Shown here: piece by piece, positions 35,613 through 44,677 of the stretch
Layout: each line of letters opens with the position of its first letter
Position numbering within the stretch: the first letter of the stretch is position 1
Assembly (NCBI GenBank): GCA_031549905.1
Contig: JAVBPC010000076.1
Location: forward strand, 669 to 64,668
Source of the DNA: Eubacteriales bacterium
GTDB taxonomy: Bacteria > Bacillota > Clostridia > Christensenellales > Aristaeellaceae
DNA: 64,000 nt
Direction: 5' to 3'
Program-made: the position numbers and the translations under genes
Notes under the pieces: generated by a model
What the model saw: only the letters and a program-made list of their open reading frames with translations
What the model was told of the DNA's origin: nothing
Database searches by the model: none

Positions 35613-37478
35613 TCATGCCGAATATACATCCCAGCGAATTTGCGTGATCATGCCGCCGCGTATCTCGAAACTGACCCAGCACGCCTGCTGATAGCTGTTG
35701 GAAACGTTATAGTCCACGGTGACAAGCTCTCCGGCGATGAATGTTGCGCTGCCAAACCGCTGAAACGCGCCGTCGCTTTCTTGATACAGATAGATTTCGT
35801 CGTTTTGCACATCAAGTGCTTCCCCGGCGCGGTCGTTTTGGAATGCGGCCAGCAGCGTTTCCAGGGAATCGCCGACACGGATGCCGCGCGGCCCGGCGAG
35901 CGCATCGGTATCGATGCGGATTGTGATGCCGGAAAAGGTGTCCCCCGCCTTGGCAAGCGCCACATCGCCAAACGGGTAGGTTAGCGCGACGGTGTAATCG
36001 TCCTCATCCACGCGAATCGGCTGGCCAAAGTTTGCGGTGACGACCTCCAGGCCGGGAAAGCGGAAATCCTGTTCGCCCGCGTTATCGGTGGCAATCTGAA
36101 AGTGCGGAAAGTACTGGAAATCTGAAAGCGCAAGCGGCTGCGCGCTTTGCGTCGCTTCTCCGGCCGGCGCACCGGGGTCAAGCACCACGCCGACAAATAG
36201 CGGGATTCCCTCAGCCGCGATACAGAAGAAGAACGGCCGGTTCACGATGAATCGGATCGGCTCCTCTTCCTTCTGGCCCGGCGCGGCCATCGCTTCGCCA
36301 AACAGCTGCGTGAGCGCTGCGGCCTCGATGCCGGTTTTATCCACCGTGATGTGGGTATCCTGCCGCGCGGCGGTAAGGTACACCGGCCCATCCGCAAGGC
36401 CGGAAAAGTCGGCGGCCGCTGGCGAAAAGGCCGCCCGGACGCCAAGCGCGTACAATGCCGTTTCCAGACCAAACGCCGTATCAAAGGCGAACTGGGGGAA
36501 CTCCGCGTGCAGCTTCCGCAAATAGCCGGTACCGGGACTGATAAGCTCCTGCGCACCCCCTTGCCGTGTCAGCAGCGGCAGAAGGCCGGTATCCTCATCT
36601 GGCAGCACAATCGTCATGTCAAGGCCGCCTTCCAGCGGCAGGCGTGCCCATGCGTATCCATCCCCAAGGCCGTATGGCGCGGTAAGATCGGTGCGCAGGA
36701 AATCGGTTTCGATCTCACGCCCGCTTAAAAGGGTGAATGTGCGGCGTGCGGAAAAGACCGGCTTTAGCCACGGCGTTTTGAGGTACACCGTGTTAAAGAT
36801 CGCAAGCCGCTGATCTTCCTTTGTGGTGATCGGCGGGTTCAGCAGTCCGCGCGTTTTTTCCGCCACCCAGTGCGACATGTGGCCGGCGGTCGCCGCGTCG
36901 CCAAAGTCCGCGCGGTACAGCTCGCCGTACTGCGCCGCCGCGGTGTCAAGGAACGCCGCGTTGTAACTGTAGCCCGCGTGCAGCCACACGGCGTGGGCGA
37001 TGATCAGCGCGCAGTCCTGATCACCCAGGTGGATGTTGCGGTATAGCGCGCCAGCCATTCCCGCCGGGTTCGCACCGGCCGCCACCGCATCCGTCAGGCC
37101 AAGCGCGGCGTACAGTTCCGCCTGCGCCGCACCGCGTGTGCCGCCTGCCGCCAGCAGCAGCGCGTAGTACAGGCTAAGCGGCGAGTAGCACAGGTTCTTG
37201 CTGGGCGTGCCAAGCAGCGCCGCCGTAGATTCGCCTGTGAAGCGCATGATCCCGGCGAGCAGCTCGCCCGCGATCGGATTCTCCGCCTTTTGCGCGCGAA
37301 ACGCGATGTAATCGCCGGTTGAGGCGGCCACCGGCGCATCCGGCAGGAATACCGCTTCCGGCCCGGCGGCGAAGGCGCTGCTGACGCCGCAAAGCATCAG
37401 CGCCGGCAGCGCTGCGGAGGAAGCCAGCAGGCACACGGCCATCGCCAGCGGCAAAAGGCTTCTTTTCATGGTTTTCAT
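35613..37478 (-). CDS. Secreted serpin (serine protease inhibitor) with about 185-aa C-terminal extension domain
   Basis: Signal peptide MKTMKRSLLPLAMAVCLLASSAAL. Serpin signatures are NTVYLKTPWLKPF, the hinge/RCL HITVDKTGIEAAALTQ, and the C-terminal FIVNRPFFFCI. An additional non-serpin domain follows the serpin core. RBS GGAGG. Confidence 0.85.
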   Translation of the reverse strand: MKTMKRSLLPLAMAVCLLASSAALPALMLCGVSSAFAAGPEAVFLPDAPVAASTGDYIAFRAQKAENPIAGELLAGIMRFTGESTAALLGTPSKNLCYSPLSLYYALLLAAGGTRGAAQAELYAALGLTDAVAAGANPAGMAGALYRNIHLGDQDCALIIAHAVWLHAGYSYNAAFLDTAAAQYGELYRADFGDAATAGHMSHWVAEKTRGLLNPPITTKEDQRLAIFNTVYLKTPWLKPVFSARRTFTLLSGREIETDFLRTDLTAPYGLGDGYAWARLPLEGGLDMTIVLPDEDTGLLPLLTRQGGAQELISPGTGYLRKLHAEFPQFAFDTAFGLETALYALGVRAAFSPAAADFSGLADGPVYLTAARQDTHITVDKTGIEAAALTQLFGEAMAAPGQKEEEPIRFIVNRPFFFCIAAEGIPLFVGVVLDPGAPAGEATQSAQPLALSDFQYFPHFQIATDNAGEQDFRFPGLEVVTANFGQPIRVDEDDYTVALTYPFGDVALAKAGDTFSGITIRIDTDALAGPRGIRVGDSLETLLAAFQNDRAGEALDVQNDEIYLYQESDGAFQRFGSATFIAGELVTVDYNVSNSYQQACWVSFEIRGGMITQIRWDVYSA

Positions 37479-37513
37479 GCGGAAACCTCCATTCTTGCGG
37501 TCGGTGGCGGCTG

Positions 37514-38692
37514 TTACCAGTTCGTATCGCTGCCATCCAGCGGGATCGCGAAGAACTCGAACACACCTTCCTCGTAGTCGTGCGAAATCACCCAGATGCC
37601 GTCATTCGTCACAAAATACGGCAGTGCGTACCAGTACAGAGAACCCGCGTCCAGCCGGTACAGCGGCTTTCCATTTTGGTAGTCATGCAGCACCAGCGCA
37701 AAGCCCGGGCAGTTTTCCTCATCCGTGATTTCGGGCAGCCAGGCCGCCAGCCCATAAGGCGTGGGCATATACAGCGGGCTGTCAATCCCCAGCGTGCGGA
37801 GCGCGCCGGTCTGGGCATTGTAGCACCATACCGTGCCCAGCAGGTCTTCTTCTTCCGATCCGGGCAGCACGAACAGGTCATCCATGTTCTGGTACAGGAT
37901 GTACGGCCCCTTAGATACAAGCCCGCGCACGCCGCAATCGGTAAGCCTTTCCACATGCGTGCCATCCAGGCGCATGCGGTACAGGCGCGGGTACGCGGCG
38001 TCGATGGTTGCGTCGTCTTCCTCGATGTACACATCCAGGTACCGCGCCAGGTCGCTCAGGTTTGTAAAATAGATGTTTTGGTTGTGGTACACGAACTGTT
38101 CCGCGGGGATATCCGATACCCGGCGCGGTGCCGATCCGTCGGCGTTTACGATGGTAATGTGCCTTTCGCCGTCCAGCACCAGCAGCCGCCCGTCGCTAAG
38201 GCGAAGCAGGGGGCCGACGGCCGGTTCGCGGCCAAGCTCCCCCAGACCCAGCGGGATGCGGGTTGCCGCGCCGTCCGTACCTACCACCACCAGCTCGATC
38301 GCCTGCCCGTATTCGGGTCCGCCAACCATGTAGGCGACGCCGTATTGATCCGCGATAACGCCGGATACATACGTTTCCTCCAGATATTCGGCCTGGGTGC
38401 GCAGCGCGCCGTTTTCCTGAACCAGCACGCGCACCCCGTGGGTTGATCCCGAAACGGCGGCAAACGCCAGCGTATCCTCCCATATGACCAGATCGGCCCC
38501 GGCGGAATAATCGGCAGGCACGGCCTCGGGCAGCGAATGAAACCCGCTGGGGATGTCAATCCGCGTAAAAGCGACCAACCGCGGAGTGATGCCGTTCCCT
38601 TCCGCGCCCCCAAGCGCAGCAGGGGAGAGACAAAGCGCGGCCAGCAGCAGAACCAGCACTGTGCGGCAGAGGGTGTTTGCCGTTCGCTTCAT
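37514..38692 (-). CDS. Secreted DUF5050-like repeat protein (paralog of N-domain of LRR protein)
   Basis: Signal peptide MKRTANTLCRTVLVLLLAALCLSPAALG (RBS AAGGAGG). Block YPRLYRMRLDGTHVERLTDCGVRGLVSKGPYILYQNMDD is about 75% identical to the corresponding block in 32601-34622. Confidence 0.6.
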   Translation of the reverse strand: MKRTANTLCRTVLVLLLAALCLSPAALGGAEGNGITPRLVAFTRIDIPSGFHSLPEAVPADYSAGADLVIWEDTLAFAAVSGSTHGVRVLVQENGALRTQAEYLEETYVSGVIADQYGVAYMVGGPEYGQAIELVVVGTDGAATRIPLGLGELGREPAVGPLLRLSDGRLLVLDGERHITIVNADGSAPRRVSDIPAEQFVYHNQNIYFTNLSDLARYLDVYIEEDDATIDAAYPRLYRMRLDGTHVERLTDCGVRGLVSKGPYILYQNMDDLFVLPGSEEEDLLGTVWCYNAQTGALRTLGIDSPLYMPTPYGLAAWLPEITDEENCPGFALVLHDYQNGKPLYRLDAGSLYWYALPYFVTNDGIWVISHDYEEGVFEFFAIPLDGSDTNW

Positions 38693-38763
38693 ATGGGTTC
38701 CTCCTTTTCGTTTCGCGGCATGTTGTATATCGCCATCGTAGGGTGTTTTTGCCCGATTGCCTA

Positions 38764-38817
38764 GCTGCTAAAGTGCACAGGTCATTATGAAAAAGACCCT
38801 GTGAAAACACACAGGGT
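38764..38817 (-). repeat. 55-bp repeated intergenic element copy A (terminator hairpin plus conserved upstream box)
   Basis: TAAAGTGCACAGGT ... ACCCTGTG-aaaaca-CACAGGGT. On the minus strand the hairpin is followed by CTTTTTC. It is nearly identical to copy B at 42952-43006. Confidence 0.6.
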
Positions 38818-38863
38818 CGCCGTTTTGCGGAAAAATAATGCATCCGCCACCATGCGTAGCGGG

Positions 38864-39610
38864 CTATCCCCGTTCCGTGACGCCAATCCAGAAGCCATCG
38901 ATAAACTGCCCGGTCAGGCGATCATACGGAATCAGCAGTTCAAACGCGCCCGCCGCCACCGGCCCGATTTCACCCTCATTGTAGAACACCAATAGTCCCT
39001 GCTCTGTCAGCAACCCCTGTTCCAGCGGCCAGGCGGCCATGTATTCCGGGGCTTCATCAAAGAAGAAGTAATCCGACGATGCCATGGACTGAAGCAGCGC
39101 ACCCACCACGATTTTCTGGAACGCGGCCGGGTCTTTCACCAGCACCCCCAGCGAAACCGGAAGGCCGGTGGCAAGGTCGTAATGCTGCGCGGCCGTCTCA
39201 TCCCATGGGTGAGGGCCACCGGCATAGAACGAAAAGTCATACCGTACGGCGAGCAGCGCGCCGGTGTTCAGCACGATGTCGGCGTGGGCATCTACACCGT
39301 AATGCTCGATAGCGGCAAAGGCATCAGGCTGATACAGGTAATCTGAAAGCGCATAGTTGCACGCAACGTCAAAGCCGCCCTCCGCCTGGATGAAGGTGCG
39401 GATTCCCGCATTGACCGATTCGTGCGCTTCCTCATTCAGCCTGCCTATCTGCGGGAAATCCGCGCGCAGTTCCGCCAGCGTTACGCCATCCATGGTATAG
39501 GTTTGGTGCAATTCGCCGCGCCAAACCCCCGTTTCCGACGCAAGCGCGCCGGTGCCCACGCATACCGCGCACAGCATGCACAGCAGAATCGCCAACTCTC
39601 GCTTTTTCAT
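38864..39610 (-). CDS. Secreted DUF3298/DUF4163 (RsiV-like) domain protein
   Basis: Signal peptide MKKRELAILLCMLCAVCVG. YxGGxHP-like motif FSFYAGGPHPW. Confidence 0.5.
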   Translation of the reverse strand: MKKRELAILLCMLCAVCVGTGALASETGVWRGELHQTYTMDGVTLAELRADFPQIGRLNEEAHESVNAGIRTFIQAEGGFDVACNYALSDYLYQPDAFAAIEHYGVDAHADIVLNTGALLAVRYDFSFYAGGPHPWDETAAQHYDLATGLPVSLGVLVKDPAAFQKIVVGALLQSMASSDYFFFDEAPEYMAAWPLEQGLLTEQGLLVFYNEGEIGPVAAGAFELLIPYDRLTGQFIDGFWIGVTERG

Positions 39611-39625
39611 GCCGGTTTCCCCCTT

Positions 39626-40177
39626 TTAGCTGCCAATAGCATCCATAAGCTTTTGTAGCACATCCGCCGGGATATTGTCAACTATCATCTGATCGAAGCA
39701 TTCGCGGCAAACCGCGCCCGCATCGTTGTTGGCGGAGATCCCGATCACCATGCTCAGCGTGCCGTCCGCGGCGGTGTAAGCGTAGACCGTGTAGATGTTG
39801 GGCACGCCGGCCGCCATCACGCCGCAGGAGGCAATCAGGTAGAGGTTGCCGTCATCATCCGTGGCCTTGGCAAACAGCAGCATTTGAAGGTCTGTCAGCG
39901 TGCCGCCGCCCCAGTCCTCTACCCATGCCTGAATGACCTCGGCAGAGAAACCTTCAACCATCTCTTTCGTCACCGGATAATCGGTGGGCGCGACATAGAT
40001 GATGCCGCTTTCATCCGGCGCGGCGAACACAGCGTTGTCGGTATCTGCCTGCACCCAACCCTCCGGCAGGGTGATGTGTAGCCTGAGCGCCTCATCGGCA
40101 AAGGTCAGGGGTTCGGCGCCGGCCGCCATGGACAGGCACAGGATCATCAGCAGCAAGGCAATCAGCAGTTTACGCAT
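39626..40177 (-). CDS. Small secreted hypothetical protein
   Basis: Signal peptide MRKLLIALLLMILCLSMAAGA. RBS GAGGAGG. Confidence 0.5.
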   Translation of the reverse strand: MRKLLIALLLMILCLSMAAGAEPLTFADEALRLHITLPEGWVQADTDNAVFAAPDESGIIYVAPTDYPVTKEMVEGFSAEVIQAWVEDWGGGTLTDLQMLLFAKATDDDGNLYLIASCGVMAAGVPNIYTVYAYTAADGTLSMVIGISANNDAGAVCRECFDQMIVDNIPADVLQKLMDAIGS

Positions 40178-40201
40178 AGGGGTTCCTCCTCTTTAATGTT
40201 G

Positions 40202-42499
40202 CTAGCATCCGCCCTCAAGCATGTCCGCCCGCGCGCCTTCCGCATCGTAATACCCGTATGGAATCCATTCGTTCGCCGGGGGCATGTCAAAGAGCAGGCT
40301 TTGGATCGGGCTCCATACCGTCAGGCTTCGGCCCGGCTGAATCTCCACAAACGCATCCGGTGTGGCGGGAACTTCGCCAACCCGGGCGTACGCGCCGTAG
40401 ATATCGTTAAACGCCACCACATCATAGGTGGAAGAGCCTGGATAGGAAAGCAGCAGCACAAACTGATCCGTGGTACCCGTCATGCTGACGATGTTGCCCG
40501 GCAGCCACCAGGATGGGCCGCCCTCTGCCCACAGGCCGAATTCGCGCTCGCGCTCTACCCAGATGGTTCTGCCTATCGATGATACGCTCAGAAGCGGCTC
40601 ATCCGGCTGGTACAGCGGGGCGATCTTGCCATCCACCCGCTGCTGCACAAGGTTCTTGTAGAAGTTCACGATCAGCGGGCCGCTGTCCTCCATCAGGGCC
40701 ACGACATGGCCGGTGGTGCGCGCGATGCCCTTGTGCGCGCCATCCTTGCGAGACAGCGTGCGAATGGAAATTTCCTCGCCGATGATGGTGTAATACCAGA
40801 TGGCATCCATATCGGCGTAGAAAACTTCATCGTAGAGGCCAAGATCAAGCCGCGCGGGGCCATTGCCGGGCTTCCTAATCACCCAGCCGAACCTGCCCTG
40901 CGCGTCCTTTCCGTAATAGATGAACGAATCCCCGGCAGGGATAATCGCGGCGGGCAGCGTATCCGTCAGCGCGGTGCGCGCGCCGTCCGGCCCCTGGCTG
41001 ATCAGGCAGTAGCGCTGCGTCTCCTCGGAATACCCCCGGCTGATGATGAAGCCGCCGATCATGACGCAATCGGACCGGTTGCCGTACGCGGCGCAGGTGA
41101 AGAGAGAAACATCATCATCAAACAGCGCTGCGGGGCCGGTGGCGTGTTCCTTCGCCGCCTGATAATTCTCTATGTTTTCGATTTTGTACCCATAGGCTAT
41201 CGCCTGGTCATACGCGCCGAACGCCTCTTGGTATTCACCCTGGGCGAACTGCGCCTCGCCCCCCAGGAACCAAAGGTTTGCGCTTTCCGGGAAGATAGCA
41301 AGCCCCTTCAGGCAGGTGAACGCGGCTTCCACAGGTTCGCCAAGTTCAAGCTGCACGCCTGCCAGGTTCCAGTGCGCAAGGTCGGTCGTGGGGTTCAGGG
41401 TAATCGCCGTCTCCAGCACCACAATCGCATCCCCGGGCATCCCCATAAGGTTAAACACCGCGCCAAGATCGTTGTGATATTCCCAGTTCGTCGGGTCAAT
41501 GCTGATCGCGGTATCCAACGCGGCCCATGCGGCCTCGTACCGCCCAAGCCCGGCCAGCGCCTCCCCACAGCCGCCGTGATACGCGGCAATTTCCGGGTGC
41601 TCGAAAAGCGCCTCATCAAACAGGCTCGACGCCTCTTCGTACTGGCCGTCATCCATCAGGGCACGCCCGCGCGCTATGATGTCGGGATCGGGCCCGGCGG
41701 GCGCTGGAACGGGCGCGGCGGCAGGTTCAATCTGCGCGATCTGGATGTGGTAGGTATCCTCTGTCCAGTCCAGCAGAATCTGCAGCGTTTTGCCAGATTC
41801 TTTCGAAGCGGCGGTCAGCTCGCCGCTGCCCGGCTCCGTCATCAGGGCATCATACGCCGCGTCAAAGCCGTATTCCGTGCACAGCACATCGATGTAGGCC
41901 GACAGATCGTCGCGCACGGCAGCGCTTTTGTAGGTGTATTCCTGCGAACCCCAGGAGCTTGCGCCCGACATGATGCACTCGCGCTGGCCGACCACAGCGG
42001 GAATGGTGGGCAGCACATCCGCGCCCAGCGTGTAGGTTTCGATGCTGAGCGGGGTGCACCCGCCGCCGATATCGCCGTACGGCAGGGTATATTCCAGCTG
42101 TCCGTGCTCTTCGTGGTTGTACACTTCCACAGTGTAGCGCACATCGCTCCACTCGTTATCCACCCTGAAAGGAACTTCGAAGGGCATGTCTCCGCCGGCC
42201 GGAATCTCGGGGTATTCATCAAACATGGACCGCAGGTCATACAGTTCCGCATCGCCCTGATATGCCCGGATGATCAGCGGGTTGCCTGAAATCGTAAACT
42301 CTGAACCGTTGGTAAAGTCAAACGACAGCACTACCGTTTCCGTGCCGCCATACGCGGCGCCATCGAACCGCACGCCGGTCAGCGCGAAGCGGTAGTTGCC
42401 CAGCTCGCCGTTTACGCCGATGGGGGATTCCGTCAGCGCTGCGGCGCTCACAGTGAGCAGCAGCGCGGCTAAGCAAAGCCAGCAAAGGTGTTTCTTCAT
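40202..42499 (-). CDS. Secreted multidomain protein with TPR repeats and DUF5050-like C-terminal region
   Basis: Signal peptide MKKHLCWLCLAALLLTVSAAAL. A central run of TPR-like 34-mers spans roughly aa 290-460. The C-terminal third resembles the DUF5050-like module of the two paralogs above. Confidence 0.6.
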   Translation of the reverse strand: MKKHLCWLCLAALLLTVSAAALTESPIGVNGELGNYRFALTGVRFDGAAYGGTETVVLSFDFTNGSEFTISGNPLIIRAYQGDAELYDLRSMFDEYPEIPAGGDMPFEVPFRVDNEWSDVRYTVEVYNHEEHGQLEYTLPYGDIGGGCTPLSIETYTLGADVLPTIPAVVGQRECIMSGASSWGSQEYTYKSAAVRDDLSAYIDVLCTEYGFDAAYDALMTEPGSGELTAASKESGKTLQILLDWTEDTYHIQIAQIEPAAAPVPAPAGPDPDIIARGRALMDDGQYEEASSLFDEALFEHPEIAAYHGGCGEALAGLGRYEAAWAALDTAISIDPTNWEYHNDLGAVFNLMGMPGDAIVVLETAITLNPTTDLAHWNLAGVQLELGEPVEAAFTCLKGLAIFPESANLWFLGGEAQFAQGEYQEAFGAYDQAIAYGYKIENIENYQAAKEHATGPAALFDDDVSLFTCAAYGNRSDCVMIGGFIISRGYSEETQRYCLISQGPDGARTALTDTLPAAIIPAGDSFIYYGKDAQGRFGWVIRKPGNGPARLDLGLYDEVFYADMDAIWYYTIIGEEISIRTLSRKDGAHKGIARTTGHVVALMEDSGPLIVNFYKNLVQQRVDGKIAPLYQPDEPLLSVSSIGRTIWVEREREFGLWAEGGPSWWLPGNIVSMTGTTDQFVLLLSYPGSSTYDVVAFNDIYGAYARVGEVPATPDAFVEIQPGRSLTVWSPIQSLLFDMPPANEWIPYGYYDAEGARADMLEGGC

Positions 42500-42553
42500 G
42501 TATTTTCGCCGCCTTTTTCGTTTTCGTTGATTGTGGCTGCCTGTTTTGCCCGG

Positions 42554-42901
42554 CTATCTGACATCCCCGCCTTCATCCAAAGGGATAGCCCTTGCGCCAT
42601 CGGCCAGCGCGTAGCGCAGGATCAGCTGCGCGCGGTCGTGCACATCCAGTTTCTTGTACAGTGCCGTGCTGTGAAAGCTGATGGTCGTCAACTTTACGCC
42701 CAGGATTTCAGCGGCTTCGCGCATCTTTTTGCCCTGCACCAACAGATCGAAAACCTCTCTCTCCCGGGGCGTGAGGGTTTGCAGGCGTTCGCCGGCGGGC
42801 AGGGGTTTCTCTGCGCTTAGCGTGCTGCTTTCCGCCGCGTCCGCCGCACTCCTGTCCGGTTTGGAGAGCACCGCCTCCTTCAGTTTGGCAATCCATTTCA
42901 T
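42554..42901 (-). CDS. LuxR/GerE-family HTH transcriptional regulator (small, no receiver domain)
   Basis: C-terminal LTPREREVFDLLVQGKKMREAAEILGVKLTTISFHSTALYKKL matches the GerE/LuxR HTH. RBS GGGGGAA. Confidence 0.75.
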   Translation of the reverse strand: MKWIAKLKEAVLSKPDRSAADAAESSTLSAEKPLPAGERLQTLTPREREVFDLLVQGKKMREAAEILGVKLTTISFHSTALYKKLDVHDRAQLILRYALADGARAIPLDEGGDVR

Positions 42902-42951
42902 GGTTTTCCCCCGCTTTCACTGTCATGGTACGGGCTTTTGCGGTGCTTGCA

Positions 42952-43006
42952 TAGCTGGTAAAGTGCACAGGTATAGGCAAAATGACCCTGTGAAAACACA
43001 CAGGGT
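42952..43006 (-). repeat. 55-bp repeated intergenic element copy B
   Basis: Same box and ACCCTGTG-aaaaca-CACAGGGT hairpin as copy A. It lies downstream of the membrane LuxR gene and upstream of the small LuxR gene. Confidence 0.6.
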
Positions 43007-43042
43007 GGCATAAAACAACAACGCCAACGTTTTTCGCAGGCG

Positions 43043-44473
43043 TTATGTGGTAAGGGTGAAACGGTCGCTAAACTTGGCGAAAAGCTCAGTGCGGCTGCCC
43101 ACGCCCATTTTGCGGTACAGGCCGTGGCAGTGAAAGTTGACGGTGGATTGCGAAATGGATAGCTCCGCACCGATTTGGCGCATGGTTTTGCCGCAGAGAA
43201 GCAGCGCGCAAACCTCGCGCTCCCTGGGCGTGAGGTCGGGGTACTCAACCTGGCTTGCCTGTTCTACGGTTTCGCGCACCAGATCGATGTCAATCTGGCG
43301 GAATGCATCCGCCCATTCCATCGTGAACAGGTGGCGCTGCAATATCGGCGCTACAAGCACCGTAATCTGCAGGCAAATCGCCATCGCAGCCAGCGAAAGC
43401 ACCAGCGGGGTTTGCAGCAGCGCATCCAGATCAAACTGGAAAACCAGCACCGGAAGCAGCGTCAGCAGCGCCTCAAGGCCGCAAAACCACCGGAAGAACG
43501 CAATGTGCCGCGCTTTTTTGCCGATGCCCAGCACCATGTACATCGTGGCGGCCATGCCGAATGTTTCCCCGGCGGATATCAGTCCCTGGGCCATGGAATG
43601 CGCGGCGTATGTGCGCCCGAACGCGAAAAGCACCCCCACGGTGGTGGCCGCCAGGAACAGGTTCCACACATGCCAACTGCCGTGGCGCAGCCATATGTGC
43701 GCGGCCAGTATCAATGCGGCCCCCACAAGCGCCCCCACCCCGCATGCCATCAGGTTGGTCATCAGCGTATTGTAGGTAAGCCCCGCCAGCGTCGAGGTAA
43801 AGAATTCATACAGGGCCACCAGCACGAAAACCGTGTAGGTTCCGGCTTGCAGGCGCGGCGGGGATGCATCCCCATCCTCAGTGCCCCCCAGTCCCGCTTC
43901 CGCCAGCCCTTCCCCGCCGATATGGTACAGCACAAACACCAGCGCCAGCGCGAAAAGGGCGGCGTTGGCGTACACGATGTCATAATCGAGCGCATAGGAA
44001 CCCAGGCGCTGAAACACAGGCCTGAGCATCATGCTCAGGGCGTAATGCAGCGAATGCAGCAGCAGGCCGGCCAGCCTTTCCGCGTTGTTCAGCCGGTACA
44101 TCATCACATACACGGCAACCATGTAGCAGAAACCCAGCGCCGCATCAAAAATCAGGCAAAAGAAGATTTCGTAGGCCGGCGGCGCGAAGTACATCAGCCC
44201 TACGGCCGCAAGCGCAATGCATGCGCACAGCCGCGTCAGGTGCAGCGAAGGCTTGCGCAGCAAAAACGCGCCCAACATGGGCGCGCAAAATGCAAAGCTT
44301 TGAAGCGTGACGGAATCCAGGCCCATCCATTCAAAATCACGCGCGGCATACATCAGATCAAATGTGCACATCACCAACGGAAACAAAAGAAACAAAGCAA
44401 TATGATCCCTGCGGATATGCCGTGTGGATAGCGCCGGGCCGCCCAGCCGCTTTACAAACGCCTCGCGTAGCAT
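43043..44473 (-). CDS. Membrane-embedded LuxR-family one-component regulator (about 10 TM sensor domain + C-terminal GerE HTH)
   Basis: 476 aa. About 400 aa of polytopic membrane domain is followed by LTPREREVCALLLCGKTMRQIGAELSISQSTVNFHCHGLYRKMGV. Confidence 0.7.
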   Translation of the reverse strand: MLREAFVKRLGGPALSTRHIRRDHIALFLLFPLVMCTFDLMYAARDFEWMGLDSVTLQSFAFCAPMLGAFLLRKPSLHLTRLCACIALAAVGLMYFAPPAYEIFFCLIFDAALGFCYMVAVYVMMYRLNNAERLAGLLLHSLHYALSMMLRPVFQRLGSYALDYDIVYANAALFALALVFVLYHIGGEGLAEAGLGGTEDGDASPPRLQAGTYTVFVLVALYEFFTSTLAGLTYNTLMTNLMACGVGALVGAALILAAHIWLRHGSWHVWNLFLAATTVGVLFAFGRTYAAHSMAQGLISAGETFGMAATMYMVLGIGKKARHIAFFRWFCGLEALLTLLPVLVFQFDLDALLQTPLVLSLAAMAICLQITVLVAPILQRHLFTMEWADAFRQIDIDLVRETVEQASQVEYPDLTPREREVCALLLCGKTMRQIGAELSISQSTVNFHCHGLYRKMGVGSRTELFAKFSDRFTLTT

Positions 44474-44677
44474 GGATTAAACCCCTTTCTGCCGGTTTAT
44501 TCCCAGAGGCCTTTAAGTGGCACATATACGGAAGAAATGGGGGGCTCGGCCATGTAATAGCGCATTGTTATCATTTTGAAAGCGATCTGTCTGATATAAG
44601 AATAACACTTAGAATGCTTTTAGGCAAGAGGATCATCTGTACAACAGGCAACAAGCGCATGGAGTCGGTCCTTGCGA

